Translations under genes and position numbers: made by a program | Source of the DNA: Somniosus microcephalus | Lineage: Eukaryota | Reading direction: 5' to 3' | NCBI GenBank assembly: GCA_052327205.1 | Contig: CM126209.1 | Location: 205,964,001-206,028,000, forward strand | Length of the DNA: 64,000 nucleotides | Part shown: piece by piece, positions 11,920-25,246 of the stretch | Numbering within the stretch: the stretch's first letter is position 1 | Layout: every line of letters starts with the position of its first letter | The notes under the pieces: generated by a model | The model's database searches: none | The model's input: the letters and a program-made list of their open reading frames with translations, nothing else | Told to the model about the DNA's origin: nothing

Positions 11920-13121
11920 TTAAATTGAAACTTACCTGAATGATGTGTGTGTCCCTTTAAGAGATGCAGACATCGTCACTGTCAGCCTGCTTACACACCA
12001 GATTAACCTGGCATTCTTAGGACCCAGCACTAGGGTCAAAGTTCACATTAGTACCGTTACGTCGGTGTTGCACACTGATTGACATCACCACGCTGCCATT
12101 TTTTTTTCCAGGGCACTGCCAGTTAACAGCAGCGCAAAGGTGGAGAGGAATATGGCAGCCGTCGCGGAAACCGCCACCAGCTCGTGAAAGAGCAGCAGCC
12201 GCCATTTTATCACCATTTCCTGGCTCTACAGAGTGGCAGTAAGAAGATGAATTTTACGAGAGTCTACATACTTACCATGTACTAGGCTCAATAAGAACTT
12301 AAATGTTATTTAAAGTGGAGGATCGCCTCATAATGCATTTGGAATACCTGTATGAAAGAAGTGTTGCATAGGATATTCCTTTCCAGATGTTGGGTCCTTT
12401 ATCTTAAAGTGACTTCTTCAGTTATCATAACATCACATAGCACAGAAGGAGGCCATTCGGCCCATTGTGCTTGTGCCGGCTCTTTGAAAGAGCTATCCAA
12501 TTAACATTTACTGCCAGCATCTGCATTTGTTTCTACCTAGTTCAATGCTTGCTTGTTGTCCAGCTCTTTATCTATTAATTTGTTTAGCTGTTTTGCTGTT
12601 CCGCAAGGAATAAAGATACAGAGAGCTCCTTAATGCTGGACCCCATCTACGATCTATGCAAGCTTTCCTACCTGTATTTCATTGTTTACTTTCTATATAG
12701 GAGGTATGAGTGAGTGATGCAAGGTGGTGTCAAGTGCTTGGGCGAGGCCGATCACTCAGCTATCCCCTCCTCTTGTGCACCTAGGAGCAGAACAACATAT
12801 GTTAGAATTCTGGCTGTAAGACACCCCTTGAAACAAAGCTTAATAGCAAGGCACTGTAGTGTGTTATGCTGCAGGACTGCAGTGTATGTCTGTGTGTGAG
12901 CAAGTAATTGAGTTTGAGAAAGAAGATAAACTAATCAAAACCAAAGGATGATAATAACCACAAGCTCCAACGCACATTCGCCACTTCCTCTATTTCTTCT
13001 ATGCACAGAATCTCCACGGCCTTCACCTCATGAAGAATCAAGGGTCACAACTTAGGTGATCCCTTCTTACCTGCATATGATGACACCAGTTACCATCTCC
13101 TGCACGCAGATTGAAAAGAGT

Positions 13122-14037
13122 TAAATACAAAAGCAAAATACAGCAGATGCTGGAAATCTGAAATAAAAACAGAAAATGCTAGAAATACTCAGCAGGTCAG
13201 GCAGCATCTGTGGAGATAGAAACAGAGTTAATGGGCTGGATTTTGTCAATGGGGGTGGGACTGCTGGTTTTGGGGTTTTAGTCCCGCCCCCAACGACGTC
13301 CGGCCAACCCACGCTTTTTACCCTTGATTGACCGTTTTAAGCTTGCCCTGCGGGCTTAGCCGGCCAATTAAGGGAAAGCCGGTGACAGAGGACGTCAGCG
13401 TATGATGTTTCATCTGTCAAAACATTTTTTGGCAGCTTTGAGAAGCTGTCAAACACTGACAATCTCTGTTCTAAGGTGAGTCCTTGTACTGAAGACTCAC
13501 CAAACCTCTTTACTCAGCAGAAATCAGATGGCAGCTGCATCTGAGAATGCAGCAGCCATTTTGTCATCTCAGCCATTGAGATGAGGCACCTCCGGAACCC
13601 CAAGGGTTGAAGCCTGCAGGAAGAAACAAAGGTAAGTAAACTTTTCCTAACACTTTACACTCACCTCTCGCACCTACCTCTCCACACTTGCACCCATCAC
13701 TCACCTCCACAGCGCACTTTTCGATCCCTCTCACCCCCGCAGACCCACTGCTCACCTCGCTGACCGTGGTGAGGTTCGCAGCTGCGGGAAGCCCGCACTT
13801 GCAGGGGTAAAATGTTAACAGACAGTTAAATGGCTGTAATCCCCTTCCTGCCTCGAGGAGACGGATCCCTGCACGACTCGGGGACCCGCTGCCCGGGAAG
13901 ATGGAAAAAGGTGGGTTAGGAGCGGGTTCGGTACCCGCTCCCACTTTCTGCCATTTTCCCGGCAGTCCCGCCTCCATACCCACCTCCCCAGGGCTGGCAA
14001 AATTCCCCCCGTTCAGGTCAATGACCTTTCATCAGAG
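13122..14037 (-). repeat. Penelope-type 3' terminal repeat with a minimal hammerhead remnant, split by a MITE (13233-14010)
   Basis: The halves ...GAAACAGAGTTAAT and GTTCAGGTCAATGACCTTTCATCAGAG join. The minus strand reads CTGATGA-A-AGGTCA-T-TGACCT-GAAC. Family assignment is from recall of shark repeats. Confidence 0.55.
13233..14010. mobile_element. Harbinger-type MITE / non-autonomous DNA transposon
   Basis: Imperfect TIRs GGGCTGGATTTTGTCA / TGGCAAAATTCCCCCC, a clean interruption of another repeat, and a related copy at 28247-29087. Confidence 0.7.
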
Positions 14038-14466
14038 TTAAATGTTGGAATAAGGTATCTGAGAGAAGATGACGGCCACCCTAGTGCCTAGGTCAGCAGC
14101 CATTTTAAATGGATCTGTGAATATGCAACATGCACTTTGTGTTGGCTGTAGGCTTGGTGTTCTTTTGCTTATCAAATTTAATGAGACACAGGACAAATGC
14201 ATTGTCATGGCAGCAACACAGATTGCCCTTTTGAAAACCAAGGATTGCCTGTATATTTGGAAAGCACAGTGACCATTTGCCAGAGTGCTGTACATTGTCT
14301 CTCTGTGATGTTGCACCAAACTTACAGTAAGGTGTTGTTAATACAATGTAAGAGAACAATGTAAAAGTAAACACATGAGCAGTACTTACTTTGGTAACCT
14401 TTCTGAGACCAGCAAATTTTTTCCTCACTTCCTCTTTAGGTTCAGCCTACTGGTTCAGACAATAAT

Positions 14467-15185
14467 GGCCCAGAAATTCGGGCCGGAGGCTTCCCGCGGG
14501 TGCAAGCCTCCGACCTGCACTTAGCTAACGCGCCGGCCCTGGGCCTCCTCCAACTGCCGGCGTGCAGTGCTTGCGTATCCCAGGGGCGCAGTTAGTTCGA
14601 AGCATCCCCTGGGATCACGTGGGCCATGGAGAGCCAATGGTAGCAGGGAATGCCCATTCATAGATTTGACAGGAAGAGCTGTTAAAACTATAAATACTAT
14701 AAGCTCCAAAACATAACTAAAACTTCAAATAATTTTTTTTTAAATCACATTTTTAAAATAACTATAAATTACATAAAATAACTATTATAATTTAAATTTT
14801 TGAAAAAATCAATTACATTTTCTAACAGAGCTAAAAATAAACTTACCTTTCTTCAAAGTATTTAAAAATAATAAACCTGTGGAAAAATGTTTTAATTTTA
14901 ATTAATTCACCACTTACCTTGTTAAAAGCAGGCCTTGCGCCTGCTTTTTAAAAGTGTATGCTGGAGACTTACCCTCCCAGAGAAATCTGCAAAAAAAACA
15001 TAAGTTCCAGGCGCATGCACTGCCTCTCCGGCGCACGCGTTCGACCTCTGAACCCCTTCCTTTAAGGGAACGGAAGTTCCGGTTTCCCGCGCATGCACAG
15101 TGCATGCACGAAACCGGCATTTTTGTTGGGCCTGCGGGTGAGTACCCAGCGCTTACTCACCCGTGGGGACCCGAAGTTCTGGCCC
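14467..15185. mobile_element. Harbinger-type MITE
   Basis: TIRs GGCCCAGAAATTCGGG / CCCGAAGTTCTGGCCC with 3-bp AAT on both sides. GC-rich arms surround an AT-rich core, and TGGGATCACGTGGGCC is shared with the element at 20426. Confidence 0.75.
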
Positions 15186-17391
15186 AATATTAACTCTTTC
15201 TCAGAGTTCTATGTGAAGCAGCTCTGGCTGTGCAGACTACAGACAGCCCTCAGCTCCAAAAGGACGACCATTCTTTCCAACTTCGCCCTTCTTTACAGGA
15301 CCACCCATAGCAACACTTCCAAAGCAGCTTCATTGAAAGGGGTTTGACTTCAGTGACTTGTTCCAACGATTTCTCCCCCAGAGCCACTTTAAGAATGTGT
15401 CACAGCCCTTTAAGGACTGTTGTGCCCCATATCCTGCCCACTAATCCCTGTGTGCTTCAATGTACTGTGTGCCAGGAGTTTTGTGCAATTGTGGTAATGT
15501 GCTGACCTTGTATTATGGTGCAAGGGCAGCTCAATGCAGGGCAGGTTCACACAATACCCATGGAACAGTTGTCCTGGTGTGGCTGTGCCCAGTCGGCAGT
15601 ATCGATCCCAAGGGCTGATTTTTCTCTGCAGAAGTTCTTCAGCCAGCAAGGTGAGCAGTAATTTCCAGTTTTCCATGTAAACATATCTGTAAATGTAAAG
15701 ATTTCTGAAAGGCCACATCCCAACAATTCACGGCGGAAAACACAGGAAACTGCTGCTACATATTTGACGCTTTTCCTGACCCTGTTTTCAGGTTTGTTGC
15801 ACTGGCCTGCAATGCAACAGTTGCATTAGTGGACACTTGTAGTTACAGTGTGCTAGATTTTTAAATACAAAATCCTAACTGCAGTAACATGAAATAGCGT
15901 TCTATTGTTTCAGCCAAATGGAGATTAGTTTTTCTATAATTAATTAATTTAGTTCTGACTTTTCTGAGTATATAATTGATGTATACAGGCCTGCCTTAGT
16001 ACCTTCTGAACACCTCAAAGGCATTGCACTCAGTAAGATGAAGTAATAAGGAATAGGAGCAGGCGTCGGCCATACGGCCCCTTGAGCCTGCTAATACGGA
16101 AGCTACCAGTCTGAAATTTAATTGAAAAAGTTAGTTAGTGTCCTTTTCTTTCAAGGCACTGTTCATATCCGTAACTGTTGGCTCTTGTTATGCTATTATC
16201 AAGAGAATTAGATTAGAATGAATGACGCCTCAAAAATGACATTGCTCCAATCTTTGTTTATTTTTCTATTATCAGCCACAAGAGAAATGAAATCCGTAAT
16301 TGGAAAGCAAACTCAGAAGAGTGATTATCCACAAGTGTCATTTTGACATGCTGCAAATCAAAGAAAAGTGACAATGGGATGATTAAGATCAGAAAGATGA
16401 ATGCAACGCCAGTCCCCACATTTGTGAACCCTTCAGTGTGAACGCTGTTCAAGGCCTGGGGCTGAATCTCTGCTTACATGGTTACAAATGAGATTTCTGT
16501 GATCTCCTGAGCCTCCTATTACTGAACAGTTTCATTTAGGAACTGTCACATTGATGATAAATTTAAATCTGCTCTTTTGGAGGCTTTGACCATGCTCACA
16601 TATCATTGTCTACACAGGTGTCACAAAGCATTTAAGTCTGATAGAGTTGGCAAAGGAAGCTGGTTACGTGGACGAATTAGAAAGTAACCAAGTGTGACAA
16701 AAGCCAGCGGGGCCCTGATGTGATGCCAGATGCACATACAGATAGAAAATAGCTTCTCTGGCCTTTTCCTTCAAACCTACAGGCAATCAAAATAGGTTCT
16801 GATCACTCAGATAATCAAACAATTTTCATTTCATTTTTTAAAAGATACAGTAACCCTTTTATAGATCAATGTGGTCTGGATTTTACAATAATGTCCTCAG
16901 CAAATCACCTGCATTTTTTTTACGTAGCTAAGTCTCAAGATAAGGTTTTTTAGAACTGTGAACAATTTGGTAACAAAACCATCTGGATACACATCATCAT
17001 AAAATATATGTCACCCAATAGGGGCTTTTAACCTGTGTTACACTGAGGAAGGAGTGTTTTCTTGTGTTACACTGACTTTAAGGTCCATTAACTTGTGTTA
17101 CATTGAGCATAAGTTAATCATACTTCTGGTCATTTCTGCCCCCTCTTTTATTTTTCCCTCCTTGCAGGGTCTATGCCATAACCCATCTGTGTGCAGCTTG
17201 ACAATGAAAATTTTCTGGGCCAGAGATTTGTTCTTAACTTAAAAGGAAGAGCTGAACTTGCAAGTGGCCCAAACTGGTCTTTTTCTGGTTAGCTTATTAA
17301 TAGTCAACATTTTGCCAAATATTTTTGTTTCAGGTTTGCAATGACCTGTCATTTTAAATGATAATGCAGATGTACAGAATGCATCTAAAGC

Positions 17392-17549
17392 TATAAGGCT
17401 AAAGGGATCAAGGGATATGGGGAGAAGGCAGGGACAGGGTACTGAATTTGGATGATCAGCCATGATCTCATTGAATGGCGGAGCAGGCTCGAAGGGCCGA
17501 ATGGCCTACTCCTGCTCCTATCTTCTATGTTTCTATGTTTTCTATGTTT
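17392..17549 (+). mobile_element. Short CR1 3'-end insertion
   Basis: KAKGIKGYGEKAGTGY* ORF2 end, the conserved 3' UTR, and a (TTCTATGT)n tail. Confidence 0.85.
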
Positions 17550-17689
17550 CATACGTGTATTACGACTGTGTGTCTCCTTACAGTCATTTGTTGCAAGCTG
17601 GACAGTTTCCAGGCAAAAGGTTGTTTTATTTTAAGACTGAATAGATGGCCTCAGTGGATGAGGACAGATCAGCCTAGAAATTCGATAGT

Positions 17690-18980
17690 GCAAGAAAACG
17701 AGATATGCCCATGCCCGACCAAAAAGCACCAGCAGCACGTCATTTTCGTGCTACCTGCTAATTATCATGATTGTAGTGCACAGCCTAGCACTGAACGTAC
17801 TACTGACAGGCTGTGCGCTCAGCAGGGGGCTGAAGTTCGCTTTTCTTAAAGCTATCCTGCTCTTCTTAAAGGCAGTCTACAGCTCTTAAAGGTGAGTTGC
17901 CTTCTGCTGATGAAATGTTTTTAAAGTTTTTCAGCACTAGGCAGTCTGCACCTCTTAAAGGAGAGCTGCCTTCTGCCGATTAAAAATGGTAAAACTGCTT
18001 CAGCACTAACACAAATGGTTCAACAGGCAAGGGAAAGGGTACACGACACTTGAGCTTTATGCAGAGGGTCAACACTGGAAGAGAGGTCTTCTACCCACAG
18101 GGGTCCAGGGGGCCCTCCAGAACGAAGGATGTGGGATCACATCGCTGAGGTTGTCACTGCCAGCAGTGTCACCCCCTGGACCTGGCCAAAAGAAGTTTCA
18201 TGCCCTCAGACAAGTGGTCAAGGTCAGTGAATGCATCTTCAAAAGACATCTCCTACCAACTGCACCACTAGCCTCACACACTACTTAATGCACCACACCC
18301 CTAATACTCACCTACTAACAATCTCTACCAATGACAAGGTACACCTCACATTCCTAGCTTCACCTTGCCCCTTTGGAGGAGACATTGCTGGCCATTCCTG
18401 TCAGGGGTATAGCTGAGTCCTTGGCCAGCGGCGGGGCTGGAAGAATACAAGGTGACAGTATCCTTATATGTTATCCTCCTTCTTACATCCCACTTCCCCT
18501 TCATCCTTCAATATCTTCCGATTTACAAGCTGCACATGGTGTAAGCGTGCACCTCTTGCTTTACCCCCTCCCCTCACCACAACCCTACCCTTGTGCCTTC
18601 CTCATTTCAGACAGCCAAGAAATCCAGTCTGCCCAGCCAGTGGTTTAACAAGAAAAGGGAGAGGACAGTGAGGGAGAGGAAAGTGAAGAAGAAGAAGAAG
18701 AAGAAGAAAGAACACCATCACTCAATTTCACACTCCCAGCCACCAACAATGCCATCTGCAGTGTCCCCCACTGAAAGCCAGCAGCCTTCCACCAGCCATG
18801 TTGCAGCCACTGGGGTAGCACTGGGTCAGTAACAGAGGGAAGGTAAGGTGTGGGACAAATGTTGAAATGGGAATTGGGTTATGGTCACATGCAAGCGCAG
18901 GTGGATGTTTCGATCCTGGATATCCCAGCCAGAAAGGGGCTGTCTGGATTGCCTCCTTCCTTCTGTTTCCTCCTCGTCTG

Positions 18981-19012
<32 letters not shown>

Positions 19013-19370
19013 ACCCTCTGCGAGCAGCTTGTCCCCTTTGCTGCCTCTGCTCCATCTCCATGTGATGCTGCAGCACAAGGGTGACTGCAACTAGAGCCTC
19101 CAGGACTGGGAGCAAATGGTCTTCTCAGAGGCCTTCCTTTAAGAGCCAAAGCCTTGCAAATGTCCAGTAGCACTCCCCGCACACTTTAACAACTTTTTTT
19201 TAATGTATTGCACCAAGCCACTACTTCAATAAAATGTAAAGATGCCAGTACAAAAGCAAAATAGCAGCTGCCACGTTCCACGCCGGAAACAGGCGGAAAC
19301 AAGGCGGCCGCCATTTTTTCTACCAAACCAGCCTTAATGGCCATCGCAAATGGCTCCAATTTCCCGGCCG
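17690..19370 (+). mobile_element. Decayed Harbinger-derived element with Myb pseudo-exons
   Basis: MVQQARERV...MWDHIAEVVTASSV..TW..KKFHALRQVVK|GTCAGT at 18015-18230. Paralogous to 4371-4598/10270-11085. TIR-like end CAATTTCCCGGCC. Boundaries are approximate. Confidence 0.6.
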
Positions 19371-19422
19371 TCATGTTCCCCGATAATCAGGAGGAGTACA
19401 GGGTCAATCTCGGGCAGCCTAG

Positions 19423-19912
19423 CATAGAATCATAGAATCTTACCACACAGAAGGAGGCTATTCGGATGGTCGTGCCTGTGCCAGCACTTTGAAAGAGCTA
19501 TCAAATTTAGTCCCACACCCCAACTTTTTCCTCATAACTCGGCAAATTCAAGTACATGTCTAATTGTCTTTTGAAAGTTCCTATGGAATCTGCTCTCATC
19601 ACCCTTTCAGATAGTGCGTTCCAGATCTTAACAACCCTCATTGCCAAAAGGTCTCCTCATCTCCCCTTTAGTTCTTTTGCAATTGTTTTAAATCTGTGTC
19701 CTCTGGTTACCAACCCACTTGTGAGAGGAAACAGTTTCTTCTTATCTACTCCATTAAAACCCCTCATAATTTTGAATATTTCTATTAAATCTCACCTTAA
19801 CCTTCTCTGCTCTAAGGAGAACAATCCCAGCTTCTCCAATCTCTCCACATAACTGAAGTTCCTCAACCCTGGTATCATCCTGGTAAAATGTCTCTGTACA
19901 TTCTCCAAGGTC
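19423..19912 (-). mobile_element. Old CR1 LINE 3' fragment
   Basis: LENVQRHFTRMIPGLRNFSYVERLEKLGLFSLEQRRLR with a (ATTCTATG)n tail at 19423. Confidence 0.8.
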
Positions 19913-19959
19913 CACTGTGCTAATTTTTCCCAGATGTATTGATGACCGCACTTATCTGG

Positions 19960-20345
19960 AGATGGAAGATGAAGGAGCAAGCAGTCTGACAACACAGAGG
20001 TGGTCACGAGGCTGAGCGAAGTGATGGAGAGGTAGAGCTGGGTGTCATCAGCATCCTTATAGAAGCTGACCATGTGTCTGTGGATGATGTCACTGAGAGG
20101 CAGAAATGAGATGAGGAAGTGAAGGGGCGAAAAATCAATCCTTGTAAAACTCCAGTGTTGAGCAGGTGTGGGCAGGAACAGAAGCCGTTGCTGGAGTTGC
20201 ATTGGCTATTTTGGACAGGTAGGAGTGGAATCACACCAGAGCAGTCCAATGGAGTACGATAACAGAAGATAGGTGATAGAACAGGATGGTGTGGTCGACC
20301 ATGTTGAGCTCAAGGAGGACAAGTGGAGTTAACACACTGCAGTCA
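19960..20345 (-). mobile_element. Degenerate L2-type LINE RT fragment
   Basis: GVLQG...PLSDIIHRHMVSFYKDADDTQLYLS resembles the YADDTQLYLS motif of L2 RTs. Confidence 0.6.
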
Positions 20346-21199
20346 CATTTCATGGAAAGAAAGGTAAAGGAAAAAAAAACAAATGGATTAAATAAAATCT
20401 ACATAGAACAGATGGTGAAGATGATGGCCTAGAAATTGCGGTCGGGAGCGTATATCCGGAGTACGCCTCCGACTCACAAGACAATTCTGAAAGTACCTCC
20501 TGGCGCCCAGGCTGTGAAGAGTTGCGGACTCAGGCCTCGAGGCGGACGGCAGCGTAATGGCCCACGGATCCCAGAAACACAGGCAGTTCGGAAGCAAAGC
20601 TGGGATCACGTGGGCCCGGTCCTCCAATGACAAAGGAAAATTCCATTTCAATCATTTATGAAGGGAATCCCCTAATGATATGCAATGGAATCCCCAAATC
20701 TAATAATTATACAATGTACAGAATTGCAATTTTATTCATATGTTCCTTCATTGTACCAACCTCAATAAAAATGTCATTTTTTGAAAATTTTAAACATCAT
20801 TAAGACTGTAATCCGGGCCAATATTTGCATAAACTCATTTAGTAAAGTGTATGTGCATAATTTAGGATATAAAAATGTTTAATTTAAGGCTTAGATATCC
20901 CCTTACGCTTGTAAAGTCCGCGCCTCAATAATACATGGACTTCGGGAGAACAGTTTAACAGGTACTTTACTGAACAGGAGGCAACGTCAGACTGAAATAC
21001 AGAAGCCTGCTAGGGCCTTTTATACAGGGGTGGTCACTGCCGGTACTACAGTCTAAAACCAGTTATTCCCTTAAATGTACATACACAACAATTCCTCCCC
21101 TTTTAGATAAACAGTACATAACATTCATTTAACAACTAAATAATAACTAATTACAATTACAATTTTCTCAGTACTATATACATCAACTGAAATAATCAT

Positions 21200-24100
21200 T
21201 TATAAGTTCAGTCTTTGAGGAGGCTTCCTGATCCTGACTGGATAGCGCCTTTCTCGAGTATCCTGTTCTTGCGGTGAAGTCGATTCTGGCTCATTGTCAT
21301 TGGTTGGTTCGTCAGCTTCCCATACCACTGCTTCTGAGGTAGACGCAATCTGTACTTCGGGCTCATTACATGCTTGTGGTATAGGTTTGGCTTGTTCCTG
21401 TGACTCTAGAATCTGGTCAGCATGGCATCTCACAATGCTCTCTCCAACGTCCACTGTGTACATTAGTGGTCCCTGCTGTGTGCATATTGTTCCTGGCTGC
21501 CATTTTTCTGTTCAGTAGTCGCGAGCCAAGACTGGTTGCCCTATCTTGAAGCTCCTGGTTGGCTTCTCATTTATGTGCTGGAACTGCTTATCCTCAACAT
21601 CTCGTCTTATGTTTGGTTTGAGCAAATCCAAGCAACATCTTAGCCTTCGGTTGAAAAACAGTACGGCTGGAGTTTGGTTGGTTACTGCATGTGTCGCATT
21701 CCGGTAAGCAAACAAGAAATTATCCACCTTGTGTTGTAGTGGTATGTCGTCATTATACATTGCCTTTATGGCCTTTTTAAAGGTCTGAACAAACCTCTCA
21801 GCCAATCCATTTGTGGCTGGATGATATGGGGCAGATGTGTAATGTTTCACCCCATTATTCTGCAGGAACCTCCGGAAATCCTCAGACACAAACTGTGGCC
21901 CATTGTCGGAGCAAATCTGTTCTGGCAACCCATTCCTGGTGAAGATGGTCCTTAGGACTGCAATAGTTTTCTCCGTAGTGGTGGAGGACATTTTAATGAC
22001 CTCTGGCCATTTCGAATGGGCGTCCACAGCAATTAGAAACATTGAGTCCATAAATGGACCAGCAAAATCATTGTGTACCCGTTGCCATGGAGATGAGGGC
22101 CACTCCCATGGATGTAGCGGGGCCTGTGGTGGAGCGTTTTGGATCTTCTGGCATCCCGTGCATCTCTTGGTCATATCCTCGATTTCTTTATCGATTCCCG
22201 GCCACCACACAAACGCCCTGGCTAGGCTCTTCATTTTTACCCCTCCCGGATGACCCTCATGAAGCTCATTGAGCAATCTATCTCTCAACTTGGGTGGGAT
22301 TACCACTCGGGATCCACACATCAAGGTCCCCCGGCACACTGAGAGTTGTTCGCTCCTTGGCGAGAATGCTGGCAACAGTGAGTCGCCATATGCTGGCCAT
22401 CCCTTCACCGTCAAATCATAGACCCGAGAGAGTGTCGGATCATTTGTAACAGGCAAACATTCGACTATGGTCGCATGGAATATCTCCACAGAGTCCACTG
22501 CAGGTGCTTCTTCCACCGTAGGCAACGGTAGGTGCGACAGCCCATCAGCGTTTCCATGCTGTTTCGTACCCTTGTACTCTATGTCGTACTGATGTGCCCC
22601 TAGAAAAAGTGACCATCTTTGCAGCCGTTGCGCCGTCATCACCAGAACGCCCTTCTTTGGGTTAAAAATTGAGACCAGGGGCTGATGATCAGTCAGTAGC
22701 GTGAATTTCTGCCCGTGCAGATAGTGATTGAACTTCTTCACCCCCCACACAAGGCTGAGGGCCTCCCTGTCAATCTGGGCGTAGTTACGCTCGGCTGAGG
22801 TTATCGAGCGCGATGCAAAGGCTATTGGCCTCTCTGAACCGTCACGGAATTTGTGTGATAGCACCGCTCCAATGCCGTAAGGTGACGCATCACATGCCAA
22901 CCGAATCGGTAGTGTTGGGTTGTAGTGGGCCAATACTTCTTTTGAAGTGATTAGGCATTTACATTCCTGAACGGCATGCTTGCACTCATCACTCCATTTC
23001 CATGTTACTCCAGTTTGTAGCAGGGCGTTCAGTGGGTGCAGAATTGTAGATAAATTCGGCAAGAACTTATGGTAGTAGTTCACCAACCCGAGGAACGACC
23101 TTAGTTGCGACACATTTTCCGGTGCTGGAGCCTTGACTACAGCCTCATTCTTGTGCGGCGAATTATGCAACCCTTCCTCATCAATCATGTGGCCAGAATA
23201 CGAGATTTGTCTCCTGAAGAACTCGCATTTGGGGCGGTTGGCTCATAGCCCATATTCCTGTAATCTCGTGAGCACCTGCTCCAGGTTGGCAAGGTGTTCA
23301 CTGTCATTTTCGCCCATAACCAGGATGTCGTCTAAATAACACTGGGTCCCCGGAATCCCTTGCAGGACTTGTTCCATCGCCCTCTGCCAAATAGCCGGGG
23401 CTGATGCTACCCCGAATACCAGTCGATTGTACTGGTAAAGGCCTTTGTGAGTGTTTATCGTGAGGTATTTGCTAGATGCTTCTTCCACCTCCATTTGTAG
23501 ATACGCTTGGGCCAGATCAATCTTTGTAAAACGTTTCCCTCCAGATAGTGAGGCGAAAATATCTTCTATCCGTGGAAGTGGATATTGTACTGTGTGCAGG
23601 ACTGGGTTCACAGTCACCTTGAAGTCCCCACAGATGCGAACTTTCTTCAGCTCCCCAGGCATGCTGCTCAATGCTTTCTTCATTACAGGAACGATGGGTG
23701 TGGCCCACTCACTCCAGTCCACCTTGGACAGCACACCTGAACATTCCAGACTCTCCAGTTCAGCTTCAACGGCTGGGCGGATCGCGTATGGCACCGGTCT
23801 GGCCTTAAAAAATTTTGGGTTTGCGTTATCTTCAATCTTTATGGTTGCCTTTACTCCTTTTAGAGTCCCAAGTCCTTGTTGGAACATCTCTTCCGCGTCA
23901 GATAGAATTTGTGACAGATGTCCAGGTGCGACGTCATCATCCTTTTTGTCAGTCACAGTTAGCGCCTGAATGGAATGCCAATCCAATTGTATTTTTCGGA
24001 TCCATTCACGTCCCAATAATGGTGGTCCTCCATCTCGTAGTATATATATATATAGTTTCTGCGTTTCCTTGCCGTTATATTTGACTGGCACCCTTATTTT

Positions 24101-25116
24101 TCCTCTGGGGTGAACCTTTTGCCCCATGTATGTCTTCAATACAATGGACGTGTCCTTTAAGGGTATGTGTGAGAATAGCCGCTCATAGTCTCGTCGATTC
24201 ATGACAGTTAGGGCTGATCCTGTGTCCAATTCCATCTTTACTGGGGACCCTGCTATCGTGAGGGTGACCCAAATGGTTCGGTGATCCTCCTTTGTGATCA
24301 CGTTGTGTAACTTTGGACAACTTAGTCTCTTGCTCCCGGAGTCCTTATCACTCTCCTGATCTTCCGAACTACTGTCTGTCAGTTTCTTTACTTTCCTGTA
24401 CTGTTCTTTAGTAGTTCTTGTCGTGCTGGTTTTCTTTCCCGACCTGCAGACTTTTGCTATATGTCCCATTTTTCCGCATTGCCTGCATACTTTGTCCTTA
24501 AACCAGCAGTCCTTCTGCTCATGGGTTGTTCTGCCGCAGCGATAGCAGTTTTCTGCTCCATACGCCATTTCGTTAGCGCTGTATTCTTGTGGTTTCTGTT
24601 GTATTTCCGCAGCTCCCCGTGCTGCTGCTTTGTAGGATACTGCCACGCTGAAAGCCTGTTCGAGCATCAGGTCCCTTTTCAAAAGTAGTCGTTTCTGGGT
24701 TCCTTCACTCTGGAGCCCGCAGATAAACTTATCCCGTAAGGTGTCTGCCAGTCCTGCTCCGAACTGGCAGTGCTTCGATAACTTGTGTAGTTCCGTAAGA
24801 TAGTCAGCATTGCTCTCATCTTTGTGCTGGTTTCTTTTATGGAACTTGAATCTTTCTGCTATCAGCAGTGGTGTAGGGCTTAGGTGTTCCTGTAAGATAT
24901 GAACAATCTCCTCAAAACTTTTCTCCATTGGTTTAGCTGGGGTAATTAAATTCCGCAATAGGCCGTACGTACTCGCGCCCATCAGATTTAATAATACCGA
25001 CGCCCTCTTTCCATCAGCCACCTCATTTGCCTTGCAGTACACTTGAATTCTTTCCACATACGTGGTCCAGTCTTCTACCTCATTGTCGAAACAGTGATAC
25101 TGCCACTTTTCGGCAT
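21200..25116 (-). pseudogene. gag-pol: gag-pol polyprotein (2x CCHC, protease LDTGS, RT YLDD, RNase H, HHCC/DDE integrase), disrupted
   Basis: ORFs 23243-25057, 21512-23188 and 21200-21463. ATG at 25116 is followed by a frameshift, with premature stops at 23243 and 21512. Confidence 0.92.
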
Positions 25117-25129
25117 CTTGGGTGATTTA

Positions 25130-25246
25130 AAATGGCGCCTCCCGCGCTTTTGCTTCTTCCCCAATAGAATAAAATGGCGCCTCCCGCGCTTTTGCTTCTT
25201 CCCCAACGGGATAAAATGGCGCCTCCCGCGCTTTTCCTTCTTCCCC
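25130..25246 (-). repeat. Three tandem ~40-bp leader repeats upstream of gag
   Basis: AAAATGGCGCCTCCCGCGCTTT(TG/TC)CTTCTTCCCC x3. Homologous arrays are at 33878-33952 and 49492-49608. Confidence 0.9.

Noticed and set aside
18685-19010. Poly-Lys/Glu/Ser ORFs
   Set aside because: Products of (GAA)n and (CCT/CTT)n simple repeats in a decayed transposon.
25130-25246. Regularly spaced direct repeats resembling a mini CRISPR array
   Set aside because: Spacers are only a few bases long, the repeats sit in the Gypsy leader in all three copies, the context is vertebrate and there are no cas genes.
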